Of a DNA stretch of 64,000 bases, positions 25,679-40,600 are shown in pieces. Made by a program: the position numbers and the translations under genes. Each line of letters starts with the position of its first letter. Position 1 is the stretch's first letter. The stretch is from Octopus sinensis (lineage: Eukaryota): NCBI RefSeq assembly GCF_006345805.1, contig NC_043020.1:12152001-12216000 (forward strand), read 5' to 3'. The notes under the pieces were generated by a model, which was given only the letters and a program-made list of their open reading frames with translations, made no database searches and was not told where the DNA came from.

Positions 25679-28600
25679 GACAGGCTTCTTTCAGTTTCTG
25701 TCTGCCAAATCCACTCACAAGGCTTTGGTTGGCTTGAGGCTATAGTAGAAGACACTTGCCCATGGTGCCAAGCAGTGGGACTGAACCTGAAACCATGTGG
25801 CCTGGGAGCTATCTTACTACACAGCCACACCTGAACATTTTAAGAGTTTGATTGATTCACAGAACGAGGTCATAAATGGGATGGTATCAAGAAGGGATTA
25901 AACTCACGATATCAAGGGATGTAACTACCACAAGTTATTTTATTCATTGCTTTCAATTATTATTTTTTTGTTTTTCCAGAATTTATTAGTGGATTTCACT
26001 CACCACAATATAGAAATGGCTTGTGCTTTGCTCGAGACGTGTGGACGATATCTTTACAGACAGATGGATTCTCATCATAGAACTAAAGTCTATCTTGTAA
26101 GTACATCCAGTTGGTCTAACATCATCATCATTCCGACGTCTGGCAGCTGACTTGGCAGACACCCTTTAAAATTATCAACCATCTTACAAACAATAACTCT
26201 GAAAACCTTATCAACTAATTATCTCAAATATTTAATCACTACTTGTTTTGACATTAATTTTTTTTCTTTCTGATATCTTTTGTTTTTGTCTCCAGGACGT
26301 GGTGATGCGGAAAAAAGCTGCTCTTCATTTGGATAGCAGGTACATCACAATGATAGAAAATGCTTATTACTACAGTAACCCACCTGAAGTACCGCAAATG
26401 GTGAAGAAAATACGCCCTCCTATGCATGAATATATACGCAAGCTACTTTATAAAGATCTGTCAAAGGTCACCACGGAAAAGGTGATAGCAACAAACTTCC
26501 CTTCTCTTTTTTTGTTTGCTATATGAAGGTAGACAAACTTACTTCCACCATTAGCTGCCTTTAACGAGATGTGTGTTCTCTCTGTCTCCTTTTATATTGT
26601 AAGGTAGTGGTCAGATATTTTTTGTTTTGAACTATTGAGAATAGCTGGTGATGATGATGATGATGATATTGAATTGTTTAGAAGATAAGCTATGGGTGGG
26701 AAATATTTGGAAGTTGATGCCTTTGATGGCAATTAAGGGATTCTTTTGAGTCAACTAGGGAGTTTTTGGTTGGGAAAGGCTTTCTTCAGCCAACTATAGA
26801 ATCATTAACTGAGGGAAGTGTTACCTCTGATGGCAGGGCAAGAAAGGGATTCTCTTGAGCTAACTAAGGAGTCCTTATGTAGTTGTTTGATCTGTTAGTA
26901 ATAAGTTCAACATTCCTTCAAAAGTTCATCTTGCTGGTTTTAAAAGAAGGGCCCATTGGACAATGAAATTTTAGATATACATAAAATGGAATGATCATGG
27001 ATGGAATATTTTGTGAATGCCGGAGCCAGCTTGAACCAAAAGAAAAAAAGAAACGAACCGAAAAAAGAGACCCACTTACTGTAATGTGTTTTCTTTTTGC
27101 ATGACACTATTGCCCAAGGTTCCCATGGTCTTTTCCGTAGGCTTTTCTATCCATGGACAAACCTAATTTGTTTTCCCTTTTTACATTGACATTTCTGTGA
27201 TACGCAATCCCTATTAATTGGCCCCACTTTTTTTCACGATCCCTTTTGATTGGAATTCCCCCCACTTTTTTTTCACGATCCCTTTTGATCAGAATTGCCC
27301 CCCGCCTTTGTGATTTAGCCTGCAACATGACATAGTTTCATATCAGATTTTTCAAAGATGCTGATTATCAAATCTGTTTATCCTAAAGTATTTTAAACGT
27401 TTTATTTGGCAGGTATTACGGCAGATGAGGAAATTAGATTGGGATAATCCAGAGGTAAGACATATTTAATGTTTATTTAGAAAAACGTTGAATGAAGATT
27501 TACTTAGCATGCTTGACTCAGATCCATTTTTTTTTTGTTAATTACACCTATATCAGTTTTTTTTATAACATTAATCAATACATTCATATAATAAGGAAAA
27601 TTTCTTTGTTCTTTTTCAATACAGTTCCTCAGAGAAATTTTGGTTTTAAAGGTGTTTTGTAGTGAACAAAGACAAACCATCCCACTTCCATTGTGTGTGA
27701 CTTACATACGCATATATTCACACAGAGTTGAAACGCTGTTTGATTTATTTTTTTCAGCATACAATTTTCATCATCCCACTACCAAGTATGACATCACTCC
27801 CTTCCTTCCTTACTCATCTATCACCCCCTTCCTTTCTCATTCATAAACACAAGAGTATTATTATAGTAGATTATCATGGAGTGGTTGGCGTTAGGAAGGG
27901 CATCCAGCCATAGAGACATTGCCAGATCAGACTGGGCATGTTGCAGCCTTCTGGCTTCCCAGACCCAGTTGAACCATCCAACCCATGCCAGCATGGAAAG
28001 CGGACGCTAAACGATGATGATGATGATGATCTTGGTAACCATGGGAGCTATGCAAAAAATGTGACATCACCCCTTCCTTGCTCATTCATAAACACAAGAG
28101 TATTATTATAGTAGATTATCTCGGTAACCATGGGAGCTATGAGCCCAGCATCACCACCAGATCATTCTACACATCTGTGTAATTAATTTTTTGTGCAATT
28201 CTACCCAGCCGTTTTACTGTGAATCCCAAGACCCCAAGACAAGAAAGAATCACCCATGTCAAATTTATATGCATAGATGTATATGTGTGTCTGTGTGTCA
28301 CATACACAACTGGACTCAAGCTTAGCTGTATGATTAAGAAGCTTGCTTTCCAGTCACGTAGTTCTGATTTCAGTCCTGCTCTGTGGCACTTAAGGCAAGT
28401 GTCTTCCACTACACTCCAGTATATGTTTCCTTCAACACTATATTCATAGAATTCCCTCCTGGTTCATGTTTTTCCTGCAGTTGTTAAAGCAAAAACAATG
28501 ATCTCACTAGTCTCTGAGGGTCTGCAACAGGCTATGGGTAGAGCCCCTTACTGTAGACCACTTTAGTTTAACCCTTTAGCATTTAAACCGGCCATATCCG

Positions 28601-31600
28601 GCCTGTTTTATGTTCAAACTGGCCAGATCTGGTCTCTCACACCAACCCTACAATATTGTTTTAAGAATTGACAGCTACCTCATCAAAATCTCATAGCTAC
28701 AAGATAATGCATGATTAGTTCAAAACAATGTGGATGAAGAAGCATTAATTTTGGCAGAATAATGTGAACACTAAAAGGGTTAAAGGAAAATGATCAAAAG
28801 AGGTTCTCTGAAAATATATGCTTAGATGAGGAGGCATAAAAGCTGAAGCATGTTCAGGCTTGTCTCCCTTGTTTGTCAAAATCTCATGAGTGTTGTCTTT
28901 TTTTTTATTACATAATCATTTTTATTTAAGTTTTTTTTTTATATGCTCACTGCATTAGAAATAAAGAAAATGTACAAGTAAATTATAGAATAATTAAGTT
29001 TTAAGAAATAAACAAAAAAGAAACCTGATTTCTTTTCGCTTCTATTGAAAATGACAATTATTTCTTTTAAACCCTTTAGCATTTAAACCGGCCATATCCG
29101 GCCAAAAGTATTCTGCCTGTTTTATGTTCAAACTGGCCAGATCTGGTCTCTCACACCAACCCTACAATATCGTTTTAAAAATTAACATCTGCCTCATCAA
29201 ATTCTCATAGCTACAAGATAATGCATTTAAACTGGCCATATCCGGCCAAAAGTATTCTGCCTGTTTTATGTTGAAACTGGCCAGATCTTGTCTCTCACAC
29301 CAACCCTACAATATCGTTTTAAAAATTAACATCTGCCTCATCAAATTCTCATAGCTACAAGATAATGCCTGATTAGTTCAAAACAATGTGGATGAAAAAG
29401 CATTAATTTTGGCAGAATAATGTGAACACTAAAGGGTTAAAGTTCATTTGTTTTATTAATTCTGTATTTTGTTGTCTATTCTTAATAATATTTTGTTTAT
29501 TGTTTTTGGCAGGTTGCATTCTATGCTACCAAGTGCCTGACAGCTGTTTGGAATATCCGTTACAATTCCATTCACTGTGCTGCCAACCTCTTGGCTGGCT
29601 TAGCCCCATATCATGTAAGTACTTTCACTTTCCTGAAAAAAAAAATATATATATATCTTCTAGTTTCTGGCCAGAATGGCAACAGTGTTAATTCTGGAGT
29701 TGGACCACCAGCTGGCATTTCTGTCTCGTGACTTGTGTTGTATTTAACTTGGGTGTGGAGGCGCAATGGCCCAGTGGTTAGGGCAGCGGACTCGCGGTCA
29801 TAGGATCGCGGTTTCGATTCCCAGACCGGGCGTTGTGAGTGTATATTGAGCGAAAACACCTAATAAGCTCCACGAGGCTCCGGCAGGGGATGGTGGTGAT
29901 CCCTGCTGTACTCTTTCACCACAACTTTCTCTCTCACTCTTACTTCCTGTTTCTGTTGTACCTGTATTTCAAGGGGCCGGCCTTGTCACTCTCTGTGTCA
30001 CACTGAATATCCCCGAGAACTACGTTAAAGGTGCACGTGTCTGTGGAGTGCTCAGCCACTTACACGTTAATTTCACGAGCAGGCTGTTCCGTTGATCGGA
30101 TCAACCGGAACCCTCATCGTCGTAACCGACGGAGTGCTTCCAATCCATTTAACTTGAGTAGCATTTATATTTTCAAATGGTCTTGTGCCTTTTGTTTTCT
30201 TTTTACTTGTTTGTCATTGGACTGTTTCCATGCTGGGGCACTGCCTTTGAGGTTTTGTATATGTTGAGTAATACATTTTTAAAAGCACACAAGGACTTTA
30301 GGGACACCATCAGAGAAAGTCAGGACATTTTTGTAAAATGTTTTTTTTTTTTGGATTAACCTCCACTCTGAAACAAACTAAAAAAAAACTAAAGTTTCAT
30401 AAAGGCACAGGAGTGGCTGTGTGGTAAGTAGCTCGCTTACCAACCACATGGTTCCGGATTCAGTTCCACTGCGTGGCACCTTGGGCAAGTGTCTTCTACT
30501 ATAGCCTCGGGCCGACCAACGCCTTGTGAGTGGATTTGGTAGACGGAAACTGAAAGAAGCCCGTCGTATATATATGTATTTATATATATGCGTGTGTGTG
30601 TTTGTGTGTCTGTGTTTGCCCCCCTAGCATTGCTTGACAACCGATGCTGGTGTGTTTACGTCCCCGTTACTTAGCGGTTCGGCAAAAGAGACCGATAGAA
30701 TAAGTACTGGGCTTACAAAGAATAAGTCCCGGGGTCGATTTGCTCGACTAAAGGCGGTGCTCCAGCATGGCCGCAGTCAAATGACTGAAACAAGTAAAAG
30801 AGTAAAAGAGAGAGTATGCTTATCTGCTGTGTGTGTGTGGACGCATGCACATGTGTAAGAATATGACATTAATTCAACTTTTATTCTATTTTATTATTAT
30901 TGTTATTTTCTTTTTTTTTGCTCTGTAGGAGCTTGTTGCTATTCAAGTGGTTGATGGTATCTTGGAGGACATCAGGATTGGAATGGAGGTAAGCCACCTT
31001 TTAGCACACACAAGCACACATACATGCATACATAGCCTGTTTATATGTTTTTATGAGCAAAACGCCCCCGTCCCCCTGTCCAATGGACGGTGCTGAGTTG
31101 TCAAACATTTAAACCAACTTTTCTCAAAACAACTTCTCCGACCGTCCCATAGGCCTCCCTTTTGAGAAACACTGATTTAACCTAAATTTGAGACACCAGC
31201 AAAAGAAGAAATAAAGATAGACTTTTTCTATTCCAAAGAAAAACGATTTTATCCACACAAATATGAAACCGAAGAGTTTAAAGTACCAGTAAGTACATCG
31301 CAACAGCTGATGTACTTGCTCGTACAAATGCATGTTCCCACGGCTTTATCGATCGCATTCTCACCTGGAATCGATTTTTGTAATTTTTTCAAGACTTGTA
31401 CACGACCTGATACTGTCGGTATCTACATATCAATCAGATGGAGGATGCCCGAGATCCTAGAAGACACACACACAGACAGACAGAACAGATTTTATATAAT
31501 AGATTTTTTACTTCTCTAATATTTACACCATTTTGATGAAAAACACAGATATTTACAAAAATTGTTGCTTCAGATAACATGATAGGTTTTGTGTGGTATA

Positions 31601-34600
31601 TTTGGTGTATTTCTCGTGTAACACAACAGCAGACATATAAAGTGACAGGAATAGTTTATTATAAGCATGACAGGAGACATAATAATATATATAGTTAATT
31701 TATTTTCACTCCTAAGGGAATAGTTAAGTTAATTTTTTGGCTCAAAAAGCAAAAAGCAAGGCCATGTAGGGGGACATGGAGTTATGTACAGGGAGGGTGT
31801 TCATTCAAAGAGTTCAGGCCATTTCTGGTCAAGAGAGTCTCAGAACCGAGCGGTCGTCGGCATCTTCACTATCTCGTCCGGCAGCTTATTCCATGGATCC
31901 ACAACCTGGACGGAGAAAGCCCCTTTCCTTTGATTGAGATGAAATCGTTGCAGATAGAGCTTTTCGGAGTGACCCCGCAGCCAACTCTCTGGAGCAGGAG
32001 TACATTGTGAAATTGTTTTTTTTTTTTTTTTTGGAATTTACTAAATTGTGTAATCTGCATCATCATCATCATCATTTTGCATCTGCTTTTCCATGCTGGC
32101 ATGGGTTGGACAGGTTATTAAATTTCAAATCGTTTCATATTTGTAGTTACTGCCCTTTGAGACAAGTCTCAGACTGAGATGTCTCACTTGTAATGGGAGA
32201 TGAGTAGAAGTAGTATGTGAGAGAGTGATAGCAGTCACTAAAGAGTGCCCTCTGACAGTAAAGTTGGTGGCCTTATCTTGTAATAGAGATGGTAAGTGGT
32301 AAGCGAGAGTGGAAGCTGTCACTAATGAAAGACTTGTGATAGGAGAGCAGCAGCATCATCATCATCTGTTTTCCATGTTGGGTTCGATGGTTCGACAAGA
32401 TCCACCAAATTGCAGGACTGTGTCTAGTTCCAGTGTCAGCATCAGCATGGTTTCTATGGCTGGATGCCCTGCCTAATGCCAACCATTTTACAATGTGTAC
32501 TGGGTGCTTTTTCATACCTATCTCTTTACTACCCACAAGGGGCTAAATGCAGAGAGGACAAACAAGGACAGACAAACGGATTAAGTCGATTATATCGACT
32601 CCAGTGCGTAACTGGTACTTATTTAATCGACCCCGAAAGGATGAAAGGCAAAGTTGACCTTGGCGGAATTTGAACCCAGAACGTTGCGGCAGACGAAATA
32701 CCGCTTAGCATTTCGCCCGGCGTGCTAATGATTCTGCCAGCTCGCCAGTGCTTTTTCATACCCTCAGTAATGACTGAATATTGCACACAGACAGACTTGA
32801 TGCCTGGAAAAGCAACTTATCCATCTTGAGTTGACACATTAAAGTGATCTCTCCCTAAAATAATAATGATGCCATAACTCACTGATTACAATATAACTTT
32901 AACCCTTTAGCGTTCATATTAATTTTGTAAAAATAATCCTTATTCATTCACATTTAAAAAAAAAATTATCTGATATTATTTTGTAGCTTCAAGATAGGAA
33001 AGATGTAATTGCTTATTTTTAGAATGACATTGCAGAATAGGTGTGAGATGCTGATTCTGGCCAGTTTGAGCATAAAGTGTGTAGAATATTTGGGCCAGAT
33101 ACAGCCGGTTTAAACACTAAAGGGTTAACCCCGACTATACTTGAGATTGCCATATTGAAGTATTTGTATTTAAATTAAAATCCCAGTTAAAACCTTATAA
33201 CCCGATTGAGATTGAAATATTAAGAGGTCAGCATTGATGTAATGGAAACCAGTTTGTAAAGTTAGAGATATTTTATTAAACCCTCCTAAACTGTTGGTTG
33301 TATTAATTGAAACGTGTTGGCCTCTGTGCCGGTAGCACGTAAAATGCACCATCCGATCGTGACTGTTTGCCAGCCTCGTCTGGCCCCCGTGCCGGTGGCA
33401 CGTAAAAGGCACCATCCGTTCGTGGCTGTTTGCCAGCCTCCCCTGGCACCTGTGCCGGTGGCACGTAAAAAGCACCCACTACACTCACGGAGTGGTTGGT
33501 GTTAGGAAGGGCATCCAGCCGTAGAAACACTGCCAGAGCAGACTGGGCTTGGCACAGCCTTCTGGCTTCCCAGATCCCAGTTGAACCGGCCATGGAAAAC
33601 GGACGTTAAACAATGATGATGATGATGTTGATAATTTATTTGTTAGAAATGTAATTAGAAAAGGTAACAACAAAAGAAAGGAAAACCCTGCCCAGCTAAA
33701 TCCTGTTTCTGTGTCCTTTATAGATCAACCATCCCAAGTACAACCAACGGCGAGTCAGTGCAATCAAATATCTCGGAGAACTCTACAACTATCGCATGGT
33801 AGAATCTTCTGTTATTTTCAAAGTTCTTTATTCGTTCATCTCTTTTGGAATATCATTAGAAGGTAAGTTGGCAAGTTTACCTGTTTTACTAATCACTCTG
33901 TAGAAGTTAAACCTTTTTGATAGCATCCTACCCAAAATGTCGCTTGGTTCTATGATATACACTTCTTGTAATCCTTTTGTTACCGTATTCTTGTTGAACT
34001 GCAAGGTGCATGGCTCAATAGTTAGTGTTGGGCCCACAGTCATAGTGAGTTTGATTCCTGGACTGGGCTGGGCTGTGTGTTGTGTTCTTGAGCAAGACAC
34101 TTCATTCCATGATTCTCCAGTTCACTGAGACCATTATCCACTTTTTTCATTCTGCACTTATTGTCTCTTTTACATCCCATACTGAATTTTTAGTAATCTC
34201 TTTTGCAAATTTTAGCTGAAGCTTCTAATTTCTAGCACTCTTCCAGTTCACTTGCGTCTTCACCTTTCATGTAGTTCAACATCAAGCCCCATTTGCCCCT
34301 GCCTTCCCTCAGTCTTATGTATCCTATGCTGCTGTGTGTCTTGCTACTCTTCAACCTCATCTGTGCTATATTTCATACAATTGGATGATAAAAAAGAAAC
34401 CCCCCTTGTTACTAACGGATGTAACAGCTCTCTAAACTTCTACCCCATCTTCGTTAAGTTAAGTTAATTTTTTGGCTCAAAAAGCAAAAAGCAAGGCCAT
34501 ATAGGAGGACATGGAGTTATGTACAGGGAGGGTGTTCATGCAGAGAGTTCAGGCCATTTCTGGTCAAGAGTGACTTTGAACCGAGCGGTCGTCGGCATCC

Positions 34601-37600
34601 TCACTATCTTATCTGGCAGCTTATTCCATGGATCCGCAACCCGGACAGAGAAAGCCCCTCTCCTTCGATTGAGATGAAATCGTCGCAGATAGAGCTTTTC
34701 GGAGTGACCCCGCAGCCCACTGTTGGCACTAATTGGATCCCTTGGGTAACAGAAACTATCAGTGACATTTTGTACACCATTTGAGCAGCCTCTCATCTTC
34801 ATTTTATTGTTGTTCTGATTTTTAATTCCATCTACCATTTCTGACCTGGAGAGGGTGGATTGTTAAGTTGGATCTATTCATTATTTTGTAACTTGTTACC
34901 AAGACATTTGACTCTTAAGCGGTTCAGTCCAATTCACTGCTGTGAAATTCACAAGGAGTTTCTTATCTTTCATACTGAGTTCAGTTCTTGTGTGGAGCAA
35001 GCACTGGAATTTGGTGCAGTCTTCTGGCACATCGGCTCCTATCGAACTGTCCAACCCATGCCAGCATGGAAAATGGATATTAAACAATGATAATGATGAG
35101 GATATACAAGCCAGGGGGATGAGGTGTGACAAGCTGACTTATCCAAAATCTTTAATCACATCTTTAACTGTGATTTCATGACATTCATCCTTGCCTAGTG
35201 AGCACCTTACAATACCTTTCATAAAGTCAGAACTTCTTACAAGAGTCTGTGTTTTCTGCTTCTAACTATAAACTTACTATTCTCACTCCTTTCTTAAAAC
35301 ATACATTTTCTATTACTATTGATGACAATCTATATTTCTAAGAATATTGAGCTGTCGTTATTGATAATATAGTTCTAACATGGATTTTCTGTGTTTCTTA
35401 TTGCAGATAACGTACCTTCTGCCCTGGACCTTCCTGATCATCTGTTTCGCATCCGTTTGGTTTGTGTTCTGCTCGACACTTGTGGACAGTATTTTGATAA
35501 AGGTTCCAGTAAGAAGAAATTGGATTATTTCCTTGTATATTTCCAGGTAGAGTTCCTTTTTTGTGCATTACCATCATCTTTATCACCACCTCAATCATCA
35601 TCATCATCATAATCATCACTGCTATCATCATTTTACATACATTTTTCCCATTCCAGTATGGGTTGGACAGATCTCGAGTGTTTTGCTATATGCTGCAATC
35701 CTTCATTTTGCATACACAGCCATAGTAAAAATTTGTGAATCACTGAGGTTTTTTGTCAGTCCATTAGTAAGTTAGTACTTGTGCCCATGCTGGTGTCACG
35801 TAAGAAGCATCTATGCTAGTCATCATCATCATCGTTTAATGTCCGTTTTCCATGCTAGCATGGGTTGGATGGTTCGACCAGGGTCTGAGAAGCCAGGAGG
35901 TTGCACCAGGCTCCAGTCTGATTTGGCAGTGTTTCTACGGCTGGATGCCCTTCCTAACACCAACCACTTCGTGAGTGTAGTGGGTGCTTTTTACGTGCCA
36001 CTGGCACAGGGGCCAGAGGAGGCTGGCAAACGACCCCGTCTTGGTTGGTGCTTTTTATATGTCACCGACACGGACACCAGTCAGGCGGCACTGGTATCAG
36101 CCACGTTCGGATGGTGTTTTTTGCGTGCCACTAGCATGGGTATCGTAACTACAATTTCCATTTGATTTTTATTTTGATGTTGGTGTTGATGTACTTGACT
36201 CAATAGGTCTCCTCAAGCACAACGGGTCACTCTACGATCCAAGGTTAGCACAGTAGGCCGTCCTGCAAACCATGAACTCACTTCCTTTGTAGGGTCTTCG
36301 CAGTCGCAGCATATCTCAGAGGTCTCGGTTTTCATCATTTCCTCTGTGTGGCCCAACGTGCCACCGGCACGGGTATCACAGCTACAATATCCATTTGATA
36401 GTGTGATCATAAAAATTATGTGTGCCAGTGTCAATTAAAAGGCACTTGTACTGGTGCCACATAAAGCGCACACCTGTGCAGGTGCCATGTACAAAGCACC
36501 CATGTTGATGCCACATAAGGAATATCTGTGTGGCCCAATGTGCCACTGGCATGGGTATCACAGCTACAATATCCATTTGATAGTGTGATCATAAAAATTA
36601 TGTGTGCCAGTGTCAATTAAAAGGCACTTGTACTGGTGCCACATAAAGAGCACACCTGTGCAGGTGCCATGTGCAAAGCACCCATGTTGGTGCCACATAA
36701 GGAATATCTGTGCAGGTGCTACGTAAAGGGAACCCATGCTGATTCCATGTAAAGGGCACCCATGCGGGTGTCATGTAAGGAGCACCAGCTCAAAATCTCT
36801 CGTGGAAGCGTCATCCAACCAAAATGCAAATATATGGGAAACTACCACCTGTGTCATCTCTTGTGAAAGGTAGGAGAGTCCAGTTTGCTTGACATTGTTG
36901 TAGAGCTGAAAACGAGGTAATTTCCACTCTTCTCCTCTGGAAGCCATCTACTCGCGATACCAGAGGGCGCACACTCTCCTACCCTGATGTCATCTCCAGC
37001 GATACTGGCATCCAGCAACAGGACCTCCGTAATGCTATGATGGACCGTGAAGTCTGGCGTAGCATGGTAAATTCCATTGTCTCAACCACGGTCGAACAAT
37101 GATGAAGGAGCACCCGTGTCACTGCTGTATAAAATGCACCTGTGTCAGTGTTGCATATGGAGCACACGTACCTGTGCCACACACGAAGCACACCTTTTTT
37201 TTTTTTCTAATTTGTAATTTATTTCTGACTTTAGTTTTCTGCTGTGTTCTGTTACAGAGGTATTATTGGTTCAAAAAGAAACTTCCATTGTGGACAGAGG
37301 ATCATCCTTTCCCAGTTGACGTTGACAATTTGGTGAGGGACACCATCGAAGCTGTACGTCCTAAGCTGAAGCTTCTGGAAAGTGAAGAAGATGCGTACAA
37401 GGCAGTTGAGGACCTTGAGAAGGAAATCAAAGCCAAGATTGGTGAGCTGGATATATCAAATTCTTTTTTTCATCGTTGTGACATTTGAGTTGGGAGAATT
37501 CTTACATATTCTGCATAACATATTTATTGGGTTGTCCGGAAAGTTTTTGCCGATTTATAGTAGCTTACCTTTCGACTTATTTTAGAACATGGTTGAGTCC

Positions 37601-40600
37601 ATAAAATAGGATTTTGACTACATCTCCATTTAGAGCACAGTTTAAGCTATCTTTTCGTGGAAGAAGATTTATGTTCCTATAACCTGTGTTAATTCTGTAA
37701 CCCTTTAAAATGGAAGATAAAAAAGTTCATTTTCGACACTTGATGCTTTGGGAAGCAGACAATAATTGCTGCACCTTGGCTGGGATGTGTTACCCCACCC
37801 TCCATATTCACCAGATATTGCTCCTTCGGATTTCCACTTATTAAGAATAGTCTTAATGGTAAAAATTTTAATTCCTTGTATGACGTAAAAAGGTACCTTG
37901 ATGAATTCTTTGCCACGAAACCACCCCAATTCTGGGAAGAGGGTAGTTTCAAGTTAAAGGAAAGATGGAGATGCATTGTGCAACGAAATGGTTCGTATTT
38001 GGTTGATTAAAAATGTAACGGCAAGTATTTATTGACCGTTTTCTTTCCTTCAAAAATCGGCATGAACTTTCTGGACAACCCAATATTTGTGCATAAGTCA
38101 CATCCTTTATTCAATGTTAAATCTTGGTACAAAATTTTTTCCCTTCATAGTTTTAGCTTTGCCCCATGAATAAACCACACCAGATTTTTCGGTTAAAATC
38201 AAAAATATTAAGGTGTGACATTCAATTAGAGTAACTGCAATATTCCTCCATTTAATTTTTCTCATTTTTCGTGACTGGCTTTTATTTATTTTTTCTTAAC
38301 CTTTCTCCATGATTATTGTTTCTAGCTGAAGTCCTACCAATCATTGATACATATGATGAGATGGAAACTAATGGTTTAGAGGAGTGTGGTTTCAGTACCA
38401 TCATTGAAAGTGATGGTAAGTATCCAAGATCTCATCAGACCTATTTTTTTAAAGCTTATCCTGCATTACTCTTTTACTTGTTTCAGTCAGTTGACTGCGG
38501 CCATGCTGGAGCACCACCTTTAGTCGAGCAACTCGACTCCGGAACTTAGTCTTTGTAAGCCCAGTACTTATTCTATCGGTCTCTTTTGCCGAACTGCTAA
38601 GTTACGGGGACATAAACACACCAGCATCGGTTGTCAAGCAATGCTAGGGGGACAAACACAAACATACATATATACATATATATACATATATACGACGGGC
38701 TTCTTTCAGTTTCCGTCTACCAAATCCACTCACAAGGCTTTGGTCGGCCCAAGGCTATAGTAGAAGACACATGCCCAAGATGCCACGCAGTGGGACTGAA
38801 CCCGGAACCATGTGGTTGGTTAGTAAGCTACTTACCACACAGCCACTCCTGCACATTGAGTAATAATTGTAGTAGAGATGGCTGGAATGGAGCCATGAAT
38901 CTGCTCTTTGGTTTTCTGTTTCTGCTCATGCCACGAGATATTTAAACCCCCTTGAGAAGCTGGAGATGTATGGTAGCATCAACACAATCTTGAAGCTTTG
39001 TAATCTTAAATCCAGGTTTTGGTTCCATAGAAAAGGTGGTCGTCAAAGCAAATAGTGTTGAGTAGTGCACTTTCTACCTCTTACTGTAACTCTTTCGTCA
39101 CCGTATATATTTTGAGATGCTCTGTGTTTCTTTCAATATTTTTAAATATTACAAAGAATTTAGTAAAATAACTTGGTTATCATTCAGCTAGTGTTAGGAA
39201 CATAAATGGTGACTAAGGTTTGGTGGAAGATTTTAATTCAAAACTTACGAAAACAAGACATTTGTGCTCAGAGCTAGAGCCAGTTTCAGCTGGGTTTTAA
39301 CAAAAGGGTTAATTTAATCACACAACTTAACCCTTTCGTCACCGTATTTATTTTGAGATTCTCTGTGTTTCTTTCAGTTACTTTAAATATAACAAAGAAT
39401 TTAGTACAATAACTTAGTTATCATTAAGCTAGTGTTAGGAACATAAATGGTGACTAAGGTTTGGTGGAAGATTTTAATTCAAAACTTATGAAAACAAGAC
39501 ATTTGTACTCAGAGCTAGAGCCAGTTTCAGCTGGGTTTTAACAAAAGGGTTAATTTAATCACACAACTTAACCCTTTCGTCACCGTATTTCTGTTGAGAT
39601 GCTCTGTGTTTCTTTCAAATTACTTTAAATATAACAAAGAATTTAGTAAAATAAATAAAGTTACCATTAAGCTAGTTTTAGGAACATAAATTGTGACTAA
39701 GGTTTGGTGGAAGATTTTAATTCAAAACTTACGAAAACAAGACATTTGTACTCAGAGCCAGAATCTGTTTCAGCCAGGTTGGCCACGAAAGGGTTAAACT
39801 AACAGTGTTTTTTTTATATTCTTTTTGCTTCTGTTGTATTAGTCTTTGTCATTATTGACCCCTTCCCTCCCACACACACACCTCTGGTGCAAATACATTA
39901 CTTTAACTCTTTTTGCATTCAGATTTCTTTGTCAAATGTAATGCTTATTTAGTCAGATTGCTTTGAATCAATCACACATTATTTTGTAGTACATAAAAGC
40001 ACCTACTACACTCTCAGAGTGGTTGGCGTTAGGAAGGGCATCCAGCTGTAGAAACTCTGCCAGATCAGATTGGAGTTTGGTGCAGCCATCTGATTCGCCA
40101 GACCTCAGTCAAATCGTCCAACCCATGCTAGCATGGAAAGCGGACGTTAAACGATGATGATGATGATGATGATGATAAGATTTCAATGGTGTCTCTTTTT
40201 TTTTACTCTTTTTACTTGTTTCAGTCATTTGACTGTGGCCATGCTGGAGCACCACCTTTAGTCGAGCAAATCGACCCCGGGACTTATTCTTTGTAAGCCC
40301 AGTACTTATTCTATCGGTCTCTTTTGCCGAACCGCTAAGTGACGGGGACGTAAACACACCAGCATCGGTTGTCAAGCAATGCTAGGGGAACAAACACAGA
40401 CACACAAACATATTCACACACACTTATATATATATACATATATACAACAGGCTTCTTTCAGTTTCTGTCTACCAAATCCACTCACAAGGCATTGGTCGGC
40501 CCGGGGCTATAGCAGAAGACACGTGCCCAAGATGCCACGCAGTGGGACTGAACCCGGAACCATGTGGTTGGTTAGCAAGCTACTTACCACACAGCCACTC

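Noticed and set aside
29757-29830. tRNA-like sequences at SINE heads (S1-S4)
   Set aside because: They have A/B boxes but no complete cloverleaf and continue into SINE bodies, so they are not tRNA genes
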